This document shows positions 12,966-26,699 of a stretch of DNA of 64,000 nucleotides, piece by piece. The translations under genes and the position numbers were made by a program. Positions within the stretch are counted from its first letter, which is position 1, and the number at the start of each line of letters is the position of its first letter. The DNA comes from Squalus acanthias (lineage: Eukaryota): NCBI GenBank assembly GCA_030390025.1, contig CM059432.1, positions 32,366,001 to 32,430,000 of the forward strand. Reading direction: 5' to 3'. The notes beneath the pieces are model-generated. The model saw only the letters and a program-made list of their open reading frames with translations. It made no database searches and was not told the DNA's origin.

Positions 12966-15900
12966 CTTCGGATTATTGAAGTGACTGGTTCCGAAATCCT
13001 TTATTTCTTTTCAAAGATAATTGATATATATCTTTATGAAATGACTCGTGTATTGGGGGGAGGGGGTGGGGGACCAGAACTAATTGAAATCATAAGTCAA
13101 GGAATCGTTCTCCGCTAATTAGCCCTCAGTTGGATCCAGTGAGGCTACAAATGGCGCAACAATTCTTCAACTTGGAGAAGTGGGAGCGATACTCCTGGCT
13201 ATCAGTTGGTAATAATTTGAGAGCTATATATTGTTTAAACCGGAAAGATAATTGGACCCCGAGTGTATTCTAATAGTGACGCATCAATGCCGAATATCAG
13301 TGGTACTTTAGTGAAGTGAGGCAGAAATGATGACTTGCTGATGACACTTAAAGTGGAAATGGAAGAAGTCTCTACATGTTTGGCTTCTTATCAATGGACG
13401 TCTGGCAGCTAAAATGATTCAAACAATAACTTGACGTCTTTGTGACCAGTCCTATTCAAAGAGTCACCTTTGTTTTCTTCAGCCCCGATCACTTATCTTG
13501 TACTATGTGATACATTTTTTTTTTGTTTCACCTCCAACCCAGCCTCAATCCTGGAGACAGCTACCCATGCTGGGCTCCAATTCCATGTTGCTGCTGGACC
13601 TTTGTAACCTCATCCAATGCCTGTATCACGTGAGCCTAGACAATGAGCACCGGCTGGCTGTTTAACCAGCCAAGCATGATGCCGTGCACTTAAGCTACTG
13701 TGCCCACACCTGCTCTTTCCAGCGCGGGTGTCAAGATCACAGTCGGGATTGAGTGCCCTGGCTGATTTTATTCCAGCCTGACTGAAGCCCATTGGAACAC
13801 CCCAGCTGTTGCCCTCAGCTTGGCTGAGATTGACTTAACTGAACACAAGCCACCCATTGAACCTGGGACGCTCCTGGCATGCATGGTTCAGTATCACCGC
13901 GCACAGTGCATTTACGCACTAAGCCATTTTGGGAGCCCCCATCATAGTACATTAAGATAGGTGTTCGAGATGAGCCTTGTTCACACACATATATATGCAT
14001 TGATTCACATCTGCTTTAGATCCAGTAATTATTTTTGAAAGCTAGGTGAATTATTTTTCAAGCTGCAAAACTTGCCCCTTTTATCTCAGCTGTAAATGAG
14101 ATGGTCCAGTGAAAGTGTGCATTGTGGTTGTTCCAACAACACAACTTGCATTTATATAGCGCCTTTAACGTAGTAAAACATCCTGAGATGCTTCACAGGA
14201 GCGTAATCAGACAAAATTTGACACAGCCACATAAGGAGATATAGCGCAGGTGACCATATCTTGGTGAAAGAGGTAGGTGTAAAGGAGTGTCCTGAAGGGT
14301 AAGAGAGAGGTGGGGAGGTTTAGGGAAGTAATTCCAGAGCTTGGGGCCTAGACAGCTGAAGGCACAGCCACCAATGTGGGGCGAAGGAAATCTGGATGTA
14401 CAAGGCCAGAATTGGAGTAACGCAGAGTTCTCAGAGGGTTGCAGGGCTGGAAGAGGTTACAGAGATAGGGAGGGATGAGGCCACGGAGGGATTTGAACAC
14501 GAGGATGAGAATTTTAAATTCCGTGTTTATTCTGAACTCCCTCTGACACTGATTCCAACCCAAGTGGCAGGTTGTCTACACAATTGGATCTAGATTCTGA
14601 AACTTAAGATTGCAATTTGACTCCAAGCTTCAATTTTGAGACCATTACCAAAAGTAGATGTGGCAACGTCTCACTGTAAATCTAAAGCTGTGGAATATTT
14701 CTATTTGTGCTAGTGACATCTAGTGCCAAGAGCATTGATACAGTGCCAACCTTTAGATTTATTGCATTAGTCAACTTCCCCAATAGGAATGTCTTTGAAC
14801 TCTCCAATAGTCTGTTGGGTGCTAACCTAGTGTCTCGTTCACTGGATGAATAGAACTTGGGTATTTCTTAAACGTACACGTCACTGATGTAAAGGACGAT
14901 TGCTGGGTTCTGTCCACACTTTCTTATGATTGCATCTCTGCATTCTTTGACCAGAGGCTGCAGTCCAATTAATCTAGATTTTTTAGTTCAGGCAGATTGT
15001 AAGTTTGGGATAAAAAACAGAAAATGCTGGAAATGCACAGCAGGTCTGTCAGTCTGAGTTTTAAATATAACCCTTCCTGAGTTCCGATTACATTTCTTCA
15101 TTCTTGACATTGGCCTGACTTTCTCTCTCCCGCTGATTGAGCTGCTCTGCATTTCCAGCACTTTCTGGTTTTTCTCTGCACCGCCCCCCCCTGGATTTTC
15201 AACATTCAGTCTTTTTTTTAATATATTGTATACCCTTACAAGATAAAGACTCTTTGAATGGCAAAGAGTTAATGCACAAATTGACTGACATACTATGCAA
15301 AGTCTTAACTACAGCCGAGCCCAGCAAATTGTAATTTGTAAAGTGCAAAGTACATTGATAAAGCCAACTTTGAGACAAGGTCTTAAATAACAGGAAGTTA
15401 ATGAGTAATTTTTTGTAATACTGTACCTCAAGTATTACATGTGCAGTTTTTATTTATTTTGTACTTCTGTATTTATTTATTTTTGTACATGCAGTACTGC
15501 AAGAAGCACTGTGGTTTAATAATGAAACAATGGAAGTGCAATACAGCCTTTCAGTAGCACTGATCCTTCCGATCATTACACTGTTATGATGACTAAGTGT
15601 TTGCTTGAGCAGTATTGTCACTAGTCTTGTTGGTACCAATATGCTACAGAAAAACAAAATTGCACATAATCAGCTGCACATTGCAGTTGTGGCTGTGCAC
15701 TTTTTATCCCACACCTTTTTTAATTCGTCACCTGGAGTTGCTCCTATTGTCTGGCGCTGGTGACCTGTAACCACCTCTACTTCATCCTAGTGTTTTCCAC
15801 AGCCTAAAATGCACTCTCCACACACGAGCCAAGTTTGGAAGGTCAAAAGCTGTGTTACCTGGGTGTTTTTCAACGCAAACTTTGCCTACCAAATCATCAC

Positions 15901-17802
15901 TAAAAATCCTAGTGACAGCACTGCTCCAGTCAAGTAAAATACTTTATAGCGAGTTCTCGGCTTTTCTCCAAGACCTCCGCAAAATGAGGGTCTTTTAAGA
16001 TTTGAAAAGTACCTTTTTGGTAAACGATTTTTTAAAATAAAAGTTAATTTGCGTGGATTACATTCAAACGTTTAGTGTTTCAGGCTGTATTTTTGGCATG
16101 AAGGTCGTAGCTCTGTAAAGGTGCTAGGGATTTGAAACCTTTAATTATTTAAAAAAATTCCACAAAGTAGCTAATTTTTTTTTGTTAAGCTTTACAGTTT
16201 ATAATTTATTGAAATTCTGTGAGGAAGTGGCATGCGTGGTTCAGCCCAGTGTCTGTTATGCAGAGAAACATTTTTGTAGCAGAGGGGACACTGTAGAATA
16301 ATAGCAATAAGACATGAAAGATAGAGTAACCCAAATTGGGAAGGGATCGTAAAATTAATACTCCTTTACTGAACTATTTTCGGAAGAGCTCTTGGTGTTT
16401 GTGACAGGATTTATTTTTAATTCAATTTTTTCTGATTATCAACTTTCTTCCTAGTCTGTCTGATGTTTTAGAGGACTAGTCAATTTGAAAAATAACTGCT
16501 CTTGTCTACAATCTCTCTTCCCTGCCCCTCAAATTTTTGAAAGTGAAAAGAATGGGCATTGTAGGGTAAAGATTACAATCAGCTCAATCCCAGTACAAGT
16601 GCTTTGAGCTTGTACAAAATTCCCCTCTGTTCAATTTTAAACAGGTTAACATGTGTTAAAATACCACAGTGAGGAGCTCTGTATGATGTGGTTAATCGTT
16701 TGTACAGGAATAAAACTGATTTGTAATTTCAGCCACGTCCATTAAGACCAGTAGTGAATGCTGTCAAATAACTCCCATTTCATTAGTCGCAGGTGATGAC
16801 TTTTGGTTTTCCCATTGAGCATCTTAAAAGTAAAAAATGTCCCATTGACAACATATCTGAAAGGCATAGTGAAGAATATTGTTAGGGAGGAGGGGAAAAT
16901 TCAAGGGATGATGTTGCTAGTCTCCCCTATGTCCAGGTCCTGCATAAACCAAATGACTGGCATCTCTGCTTCTCATCTTTGTGAATGGAAATAGATGGGC
17001 ATTGTAGAGACAAAAATTTTCCATCCTTGAACTATATTTGATATCAAAATGTAATATTTCAAATCACAAACTTAAAGTTTTGTACGGTACACTTTTATAA
17101 ACTAGTCAAAGTAGGTGGGTGAGTGGGGATCCTCCACTTTGAAGTCTGCTGACTTGTGTAAACAAACTTATTTATTTCCTAAATCATTTCACTTTACTTG
17201 GCTTGGGATTATCAGTGACCAAATCCGTCCAGCTTCACTTGACATTTCAGTTCAGTTGGAGAAGGGCTATTTTTTTTTTTGAAGCGGGGGGGTTCTGTAG
17301 CCAACTCAACGATTTATTTGCCTTTCACCCACCTGAAGTTTCTTTGCATAAACCACCTGGATCACGCAACATGCAGCTGTACTGCCTTTAAAAATCATTA
17401 ATTTATATTTTTTGTTTCCCTCGTCGGTTGCATGTGGCAAAAATTGAATTCCGTTCCTTCTCAAAGGCACTAGAAGTCTGTAAATAAGTTAAATCTCACT
17501 CCATTGTATGATTCATTTTTTTTGCCTGTTTGTACATAGAAAAAATGAAAATTGGTATTTATTACAAAACTGTTGAGATAATGTTATGTATTGAATTGAT
17601 TTGTCTGTACATCTCCCATTTGCCTTCAATATGTAAATAATATATATATTCGACTTCAATAATTTTGCAGAATGGTACTGATTGTTTTTTTTAAAAAAAA
17701 ACACACATTTAGCTTAATCTGTAAAATATGTTGGTGAATTACATGCTATTCATTTCATCCGAGCCGTATGAAGCCATTTTCATCATACTTTTAAATAATA
17801 AA
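12966..17802 (+). promoter_or_regulatory. CSRNP1: Probable long CSRNP1 3' UTR with AU-rich elements, Pumilio motifs and poly(A) signals
   Basis: ATTTA clusters near 15450-15480; TGTA(A/C)ATA at 17479, 17531, 17632; AATAAA at 16709 and 17797; low repeat density. Extent is inferred. Confidence 0.6.
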
Positions 17803-20392
17803 AAAAATTATATATGCAAGAAAAGCAAGTGTTTGTGATTCTTCCCTCCAGTTTTCTTCGCTGTCTTTTCTGAAAGTGCTGGCGTATGCCAGAGTACATT
17901 TCAACGCACACCAGCCGCACAATGGTACCTCACCCGAGTGGGTGATTTAGAATTGGGGTTGGTCCTCGTGTGAATCTTGATGGGGAATTTCAGTGGCCTA
18001 CTGGACTGTGGGAAGAGGGGAGAGTTGCAGCCTAATCCGATCCCAGCATTGCCAGGTCTCCACTTGCACCAGTGTGCACTCTCGCTTTCCAGCAGAAGTT
18101 ACTAGGTAGCGATTAGCAGTAGGAAGCATGGCTGCTTTTCTTTTTACCCTTGCTCGGCCAGCATTGGCCAGAACACCAGGAGCACTCCGTACTCTTATTC
18201 AAACAGCGCCTTACGATCTTTATGACCATCTGAGGTGGGGGGGGGGGGGAATGAGCCTATGGCTTAATGCTAGCATTCCTGCCTCAGAGTCAGAAGGTGC
18301 AGGGTTCAAACCCTGTTGCAAACAGTCCTGGCGATTGGAGTTTGGCACTTTGGCTTTGAATTCTGGGTTAACATCCAGCGGGATGTTCGCATCCGGTGGG
18401 TGAGAGTGCCCCACCCTCTTCCCCCCCCCCCCCCCCCCCCATTGTATCGGTTGCGCGAGCCCATAAAACCCTCCTGTTTTTGGACTGATATAAGGATGGT
18501 TACGGCCATGGTAGGAGGGTTCATAATCGCAAACTGTTACAGCCTGCGAATCCTTCAGTGGAAGACTGAAGATATGAAAACAACTTGAAGGCAGATGGCG
18601 ATACACAAAGAGAAACAAGAAGAAAAACAAACTTGAAAGGTTGTAGGGGGAAAGGTGAGTGGGCTCACTGGGGGTGGTGGGGGGGAACATGACTGCAGCA
18701 GTAGAAGGCAAACTAAGAAATTCTTCCATTATTGTAGTATCTTTGACAATCTCGGGACATCCCAAAGCGCTTTACAGCCAATTAAGTATTTTTGAAGTGT
18801 AGTCATTGTTGTAATGTAGGGAAATGCAGCAGCCAATTTACGTATGGCAAGGTCCCACAAACAGCAATGTGTTAATGAACAAATACCACTGTTTTGATTG
18901 AGGGATAAATATTGGCCAGGAAAACTCCCCAGCTCTTCTTTGAAATAGTGCCATGGGATCTTTTGCATTCAAATGAGCAGGCAGATGGGGCCTCGGTTTA
19001 ACGTCTCATCCAAAAGACGGCACCTCCAATTGTCCAGCACTCCCTCTGCTTTTTAAAAAAAAGTCTTCACTGGAGAAGCACTAGTTATGTCACCAATCGT
19101 GGGAGGTTCAGTTGATATCCTGAAGATGCTGTATGAACTGACAACCATTAAATCTTCAGAGGCCAGGGATCATGAAGTTGATGAATACAGTGCATGTCCC
19201 GTTGCATTGGGTAACAAAGTACACATTTTCAAGAAAGGTGGTTAAAACTCTGGTAACTTAACTGGCAAATGATGGAATTGATTTTTTGGGGAACAAATTG
19301 AGGATTACTACATGAAAATAAACTAAGCAGCAATAAAATTTAAGAAGGCGGATTTTGCGTGAATAACTGGATACAGGCTAGTGGTTGTGGTACTGGACTG
19401 CCACCTGATTTGCTAATGTCCTTCAGGAACGGGAACCTGTCACCTCTACCTGATCTGGTCTACACGTAACTCCAATCCCACAATATGTGGTTGTCCCTTA
19501 ATGGCCTCTGATGTGGTCTAGCAAGCCACCCAGTTATAAATCCTAAGAGAGGCATCAAATGGGCCTATCAGCAACAACCGATGTATTGGATCAGGGCAAG
19601 ACTTGAGTAATCCCAACATCAACCCTGCAAAGTTGTCCTCGCTACCATCTGGGGACTGGTGCCCAAGTTGGGTGAGATCAGTTGGAGCTTCTCATTTGGA
19701 TTCTGTTAATCCCCTCTCTGATTTTTGCTGTTAAATCCATTTTCTAGCCCAGCAGTAGACTCTTTGACCCAGCTTTAACTTTGTTAAATCCATTTCAATA
19801 GGCTGGCAATGTAAAGGGCAAGAGCTTGGAATCCACATACATATGTGTATGTGACTTCAATCCCACACCGATATGGTTGGCTCTTAACAACCCTCTGAAG
19901 TGGCCTAGCAAGCCACTCAATTGAATCAAAAAATTCAGGGTTTGAAAAGGCCCACCACCACCTTCATTGGGCAACTAGGGATGGGTAATAAATTCTGGCT
20001 TTGCCAGTGATGCTTCTATCCTGAGAATAAATTTTTTTAAACTGAGGTAGGGGTACTAACACTGGGCTGACTTACTATAAGGTCAGTGAAGTGAAATACA
20101 TGATTTTTTAAGGGAATCAATGGTCCTTAGAAATTTTAATACTTTAAGTGGGTAAAAGTAGGACAATTTGCACCAGGAGCTGGTATGAAAACATCCAGAA
20201 AGGGTTCTGTATGTCATACATATTGAAAATGTTGCTTTGGGAATGTTGTGGGATGGTTACATCCTGTCCAGCTCGTATGTAGCAACATGCCTTTTCTTTG
20301 TTTTTGGGATGTGGGCAGCAATGGCAAAGGAGTATCTATTGCTCATCTCTAGTTGCCCTGAGGGTAAGGGCAACTACGTAATGTGGGAGTAT

Positions 20393-22662
20393 TTTTTTAT
20401 TCATTCACGGGATGTGGGCGTCGCTGGCAAGGCCAGCATTTATTGCTCATCCCTAATTGCTCTTGAGAAGGTGGTGCAGCCTGTGCGGTGAAGGTACTCC
20501 CACGATGTAGTTAGGTATGGAGTTCCAGGATTTTGACCCAGCGACGATGAAGGAACAGTGATATATTTCCAAGTCAGGATGGTGTGTGACTTCGAGGGGA
20601 ACTTGGAGGTGGTGGTGTTCCCATGCGCCTGCTGCCCTTGTCCTTCTAGCTGGTAGAGGTCACGGGTTTGGGAGGTGCTGTCGAAGAAGACTTGGCGAGT
20701 TGCTGCAGTGCATCTTGTAGATGGTACACACTGCAGCCACGGTGCGCCGGTGGTGGAGGGAGTGAATGTTTAAGGTGGTGGATGGGGTGCCAATCAAGTG
20801 GGCTGCTTTGTCCTGGATGGTGTCGAGCTTCTTGAGTGTTGGAACTTCACTCATCCAGGCAAGTGGAGATTATTCCATCACACTCCTGACGTGTACCTTG
20901 TAGATGGTGGAAAAGCTTTGGGGAGTCAAGAAGTGAGTCACACCACAGAATACCTAGCCTCTGACCTGCTCTTGTAGCCACATTATTTGTGGCTGGTCCA
21001 GTTAAGTTTCTGGTCAATGGTGACCCCCAGGATGTTAATGGTGAGGAATTTGACAATGACAATGTCATTGAATGTCAAGGGGAGGTAGTTAGACTTTCTC
21101 TTGTTGGAGATGGTCATTGGCTGGCACGTGTGAAACGTGAATGTTACTTGCCACTTATCAGCCCAAGCCTGAATATTGTCCAGGTCTTGCTGCATGCAGG
21201 CAAGGACTGCTTCATTATCTGGGGAGTTGCAAGTGGAACTGAACGCTGTGCAATCATCACCGAACATCCCCACTTCTGAGCTTATGATGGAGAGAAGGTC
21301 ATTGATGAAGCAGCTAAAGATGGTTGGGCCTAGGACACACTCTTGAGGATGTCCTGGGGCTGAGATGATTGGCCACCAACAACCATAACCATCTTCCTTT
21401 GTGCTAGGTATGACTCCAGCCAGTGTAGAGTTTTCCCCCTGATTCCACCTGGCCTACTGTTCTACACTCCTCATTGAACCAGGGTTGGTCCACTGGCTTG
21501 ATGGTAATGGTAGAGTGAGGGATATGCCGGGCCATGCGGTTACAATTCTGCTGCTGCTGACGGCCCACAGCACCTCATGGATGCTCAGTTTTGAGCTGCT
21601 AGATCTGTTCTGAACCTATTCCAATTAGCATGGTGGTAGTGCCACACAACACGATTGAGGGTGTCCTCAGTGTGAAGACGGGACTTTGACTCCACAATGA
21701 CTGTGCGGTGGTCACTCCTACCAATGCTGTCATGGACGGATGGATCTGCGACAGGTAGATTGGTGAGGACGCAGTCAAGTAGGTTTTTCCCTCGTTTTGG
21801 TTCTCTCACCACCCGCCGCAAGCCCAGTCTAGCAGCTATGTCCTTCAGGACTCGGCCAGCTCAGTCAGTAGTGGTACTACCGAGCCACTCTTGGTGTTGG
21901 ACATTGAAGTCCCACACCCAGAGTACATTCTGTGCCCTTGCTACCCTCAGTGCTTCTTCCAAGTGGTGTTCAACATCAGCTAAGGGTGGGCGGTAGGTAG
22001 TAATCAGCAGGATGTTTCCTTGCCCATGCTTGACCTGAAGCCATGAGAAATGGGGTCCGGAGTCAATGTTGAGGACTCCCAAGGCCACTCCTTCCCGACT
22101 GTATACCACTGTGCCGCCACCCCTGGTGGGTCTGTCCTGCCAGTGGGACAGGATGTACCCAGGGATGGTGGTCCTGGGACATTGGCTGAAAGGTATGATT
22201 CTGTGAGTATGACTATGACAAGCTGTTGCTTGACAGCTCTCCCAATTTTGGCACAAGTCTCTAGATGTTAGTGAGGAGGACTTTGCAGGGTTGACTGAGC
22301 TGGGTGTGCCTTTGCCGTGTCTGAATCCGGTGCCTAGGTCGATACCGGGTGGTCTGTCTGGTTTTATTCTTATTATAGTTTTTCGTTGTGGTTTTGATAC
22401 AACTGAGTGGCTTGCTAGGCCATTTCAGAGGGCAGTTAAGAGTCAACCACATTGCTGTTGGTCTGGAATCACATATAGGCCAGACCAGGTAAGGATAGCA
22501 GATTTCCTACCCTAAAGGACATTAGTGAACCAGATGAGTTTTTTTTTTAACAACAATCCGGTAGTTTCATGGTCACCATTACTGATACTAGCTTTTTATT
22601 CCAGATATATTTAATTAACTGAATTTAAATTCCCCAGCTGCTGTGGTGGGATTTGAACTCAT
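20393..22662 (-). mobile_element. Degenerate non-LTR retrotransposon (CR1 group, possibly Zenon-like), APE + RT, no visible ORF1, internally deleted
   Basis: GGGTVVY, TYRPP, DFN, SDH endonuclease remnants; MFGDDC, QQDLDNIQAWADKWQV, LGVTIDQKL RT remnants; A-rich tail at 20393. Confidence 0.85.
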
Positions 22663-23690
22663 GATCCGGAGTCACATGTAGGCCAGACCGTGTAGGAGTG
22701 GCAGGTTCCCTTCCCTGAAGAACATCAGTGAACTATTAACAGCAATCTGGCAGCTTTCATGGTCATTTTCTGGTGCTAACCCATAATAAAGCAGGTTTAT
22801 TGAATTCGATTTCACAACTGTGATGGGATTTAAACTCTCAACCTCTGGGTTGCTGGTCTAGCATCATAACCAACAGCTACCATACCCTGTTTAAATACAT
22901 AACCAGAGAGAACAATTTTAAAACATAGAAACATAGAAGATAGGAGCAGGAGTAGGCCATTCGGCCCCTCGAGCCTGTTTCGCCATTTAATGAGATCATG
23001 GCTGATCATTCAAATTCAGTACCCTGTCCCTGCTTTCTCCCCATATCCCTTGATCCCTTTAGCCTTAAGAAATATGGGAGATTTGCAGAAAAGCAGGGAG
23101 GGAAAAAATGTGACGCTTTCAACTTTTAACCTCTGTACCTTATATAATAGGTCTCTATTAAACACAGACGTTACAGGTACATATTTAAATTCAAATTAGT
23201 TAAGGCAAGCTTTAACCAAGAAAAACATAGCATTTAACTGGACTTGTTGTAAAATGAAATAAAATTAATTACCTAGGAACAGATACGGATTGTTCTGGGA
23301 TTTTAAAATACCATGATTGAGTGAGAGGGAGTTAATAATAATCACGTAAATTGCTAGGAGAGAGTCAGATGGAATAATAGCTGGAGTCAATTAGAGTGTA
23401 AAATACCAGGAGAAAGCAAGAGGAAATAAAGCAGAAGACAGTAAGAGTATAAATTACTAAGAGAGTGAGAGGGAATAAAGCAGGAGATAATAAGTATATA
23501 AATTACTAGGGCGAGAACAATTTGTATTTATATAGCGCATTTAACATAGTAAAACATCCCAAGGCGTTTAACAACGACGATATCAATAAAAACATTTTTG
23601 ACACCGAACCACAGAAGGAGATATCAGGACTGATGACCAAAAGCTTGATCAAAACAAATAGGTTTTAAGGAGTATCTTAAAAGAGTAGAG

Positions 23691-24098
23691 AAACATAGAA
23701 TCTAGGAGCAGGAGTAGGCCATTCGAGCCTGCTCCACCATTCAATACGATCATGGCTGATCATCCAAATCCAATACCCTGTCCCTGCTTTAATCCCCACA
23801 GTGCACATATCCCACCCTACCCCCGTAACCCCACGTATTTAATTCCCCCTAGCATATCCCATCCTATCCCCATAACCCCACATATTTAATCCCCCCGTAA
23901 CACTAAGGGTCAATTTATCATAGCCAAATCAACCTAACCCGCACATTTTTGGACTGTGGGAGGAAACCGGAGCACCCGGAGGAAACCCACGCAGACACGG
24001 GGAGAATGACAAACTCCACACAGACAGTCACCCGAGGTCAGATTCGAACCCGGGTCCCTGGTGCTGTGAGGCACCAGTGCTAACCACTATGCCACCGT
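23691..24098 (-). mobile_element. HE1-like (V-SINE) tRNA-derived SINE with CR1-derived tail, nested in an L2 fragment
   Basis: tRNA head with GGTTCGAATC B-box; V-domain GTCTGCGTGGGTTTCCTCCGGGTGCTCCGGTTTCCTCCCACA; tail matches local CR1 3' ends. Confidence 0.85.
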
Positions 24099-24859
24099 GT
24101 AGAGAGAGGTAGAAAGGTGGAGATGTTTAGGGAGGGAATTCCAGAGCTTAGAGCCTTGGCAGCTGAAGGCACAGCTGCCAATGGTGGAGTGATTAAAATC
24201 GGGGATGCGCAAGAAGCCAGAAATGGAAGAGCGCAGAGATCTCGAAGGCTTGTAGGGCTGGAAGAGGCTATAGAGATAGGGAGGTGCAAGGCCATGGAGA
24301 GAGTTTCATCTGCCATTGTTCTTGTATAGTTTATCAAAATCTTCCTGTAATTTCTAAGCTGCATCCTCATATTTCACTGTTTTGCATCATCTGTAAATTT
24401 GACAACTTGACAATGAGTTTCTAAATCCAAGTCACTTTTGTACATTAGTAACAGTAATGGTGCAAATATCGAGTCCTGTGGTACCCCACTCAGTACTTCA
24501 CCCCCTCGTAACAATTCCTCTAATGAGTACTTTCTGTCTTCTACCCTTCACCCAGTTCCTAACCTATTTACATGAATTTACCCTGAATGCTTACAGCTTT
24601 GAGTTTAACATAGCCTCTTGTGTGCAACTTTGCCAAATGTCTAGGTACATCGCATCGTAAGGCTTCCTACAGTCCACTTTGGGTTTCACTTCCTCAAAGA
24701 AGTCTCAGGATTTGGTCGAGCCAGGATCTGAACCCATGTTAACTGCTGTTTACTAGGTAGCTACTGTCCACACCTACCCAGTCTGACTCCAACCCCACAC
24801 TATGTTGCTGATTCTTAATGCCCTCTCAGATAGCCCAGCAAACCACACAGTTGTTAAGA

Positions 24860-25617
24860 AAATTGAGGCAAGACAATGCATGCTAAATGGTACAATTTTA
24901 AAGGGGGTGCAAGAAGAGAGAGACCTAGGGTGCTTGTGCACAAATTTTTGAAGGTGGCAGGACAGGTTAACAAAGCAGTTAATAAAGCATATGGGATCCT
25001 GGGCTTTAAAAATAAAGGCATAGAATAAAAAAGGCAGGAATTTATGCTAAACCTATATAAAATACTAGTTCGACCCCAGCTGGAGTATTGTGTCCAATTC
25101 TGGGCACCACACTTTAGGAAGGACATGAAAGCTTTGCAGAGGGTGCAGAAGAGATTTACTAGAATGGTTCCAGGGATGAGGGATTACAGTTACGTGAATA
25201 GACTGGAGAAGCTGGGGTTGTTCTCCTTGGAGCAGAGAAGACTGAGGAGATTTGATAGAGGTGTTCAAAATCATGAAGGAGTTAGATAGAGTAAATAAAG
25301 AGAAACTGTTCCCAGGGTTGATAACGAGAGGGCACAGATTTAAGGTAATTGGCAAAAGAACCAGAGGTGACATGAGGAAAAAAAATTTTATGCAATGAGT
25401 GGTTAGGATTTGGAATGCACTGCCTGCTAGGGTGGTGGATACAGATTCAATAGTAGCCTTCAAAAGGGAATTGGATAAATACTTGAAGGAAAAAATTGCA
25501 GGGATATGGGGAAAGAGCGAGGAAGTGGGACTAACTGGATTGCTCTTCGAAAGATCCAGCACAGACTCGATGGGCCAAATGGCCGCCTTCTGTGCTGTAC
25601 TATTCTATGATTCTATG
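24860..25617 (+). mobile_element. CR1 3' fragment
   Basis: LVRPQLEYCVQFW peptide, TTCTATGATTCTATG tail; further fragments at ~25900-26255 and ~29530-29870. Confidence 0.85.
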
Positions 25618-26699
25618 AACTCAAGAAGAAGGCTTGCCAAGACCTTCTCAGGGATGGGCAATAAATTGGGCCTTCCACGTGCTGTCCACATCCTGAGGAC
25701 AAATATACATTAAAAAATAAAGTAAATAGTAAATGTTTGGACTAAACCTGTCTAGCTCTCGATAATGTCATAAATCCCCAAGATAGGGGCTCTGTAATTG
25801 TTAAAGCAAACAACCTCCCTCTATTTTTGTTTTGGTTATCTAATTTAATTATTTTTATTAAAGTGAATTGAGAAAGGAGCCGCTGCAGTCTCATTTTGTG
25901 TTTAAAATGATAAAGGGATTGGATAGGGTAGATGAAGGGAATCTATATCCTCTGGCGGAGGAAATCAAGAACAATGGAGCATGATTTACAATTAGAGCTA
26001 GGCCATTCAGGTGAAAAATCAGGAAACATTTCTTTACACAGAAGGGTAGTGGAAATCTGGAACTCGCCTCCCCAAAAGGCAGTGGATGCTGGGTCATGAA
26101 ATTTTCAAGACTGATTGTTGATTTTTATGAGATAAGGGTATCAAGGGATGTGGGACAAAGTCAGGTCAATGGAGTTGAGGTACAGATCAGCTATGATCTA
26201 ATTGAATGACAGACAGGCTCGAGGGGCTAAATGGCCTACTCTTGTTCCTGTGTTCCTTTATATACTTTTGGACTCTGCCTAAACGCCTAGTTAAAATGTT
26301 TTATTTCCCACACACGGCTAACATGCTGAAAATTTGGTCCTGCAAACAAATACAAATGCAATTTGCTATATAAATGCAAATCTTTCTTTTTTCTTTTATT
26401 TGGTATCTTTTCCTTCAAATATGGAACACCAAACTACCAATCCATCAACTGTAGAAAAAACTGTAAGGAGAAACTGGTAACAGCAGATCCTTTAACAGGC
26501 ATACACACACCAACACAGACACAGGCATACACAGCTGCACACAGGGACAAAAGCCTACACAGATATGCTTTGCTTTACTGCATAACCAGAGATCATAGGT
26601 CATAATCAGTTTTGCAGAGAGTGCAAAAAGCATCCAATATCCATAACTTGCAGCCTCTTTTTAAAAAAATCTCTGAGATACACATACAGACATAAGAGA

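Noticed and set aside
18220..18765. 181-aa ORF and possible MITE at ~18310-18510
   Set aside because: Low-complexity translation across a poly-C tract and SINE fragments; no convincing TIR or TSD
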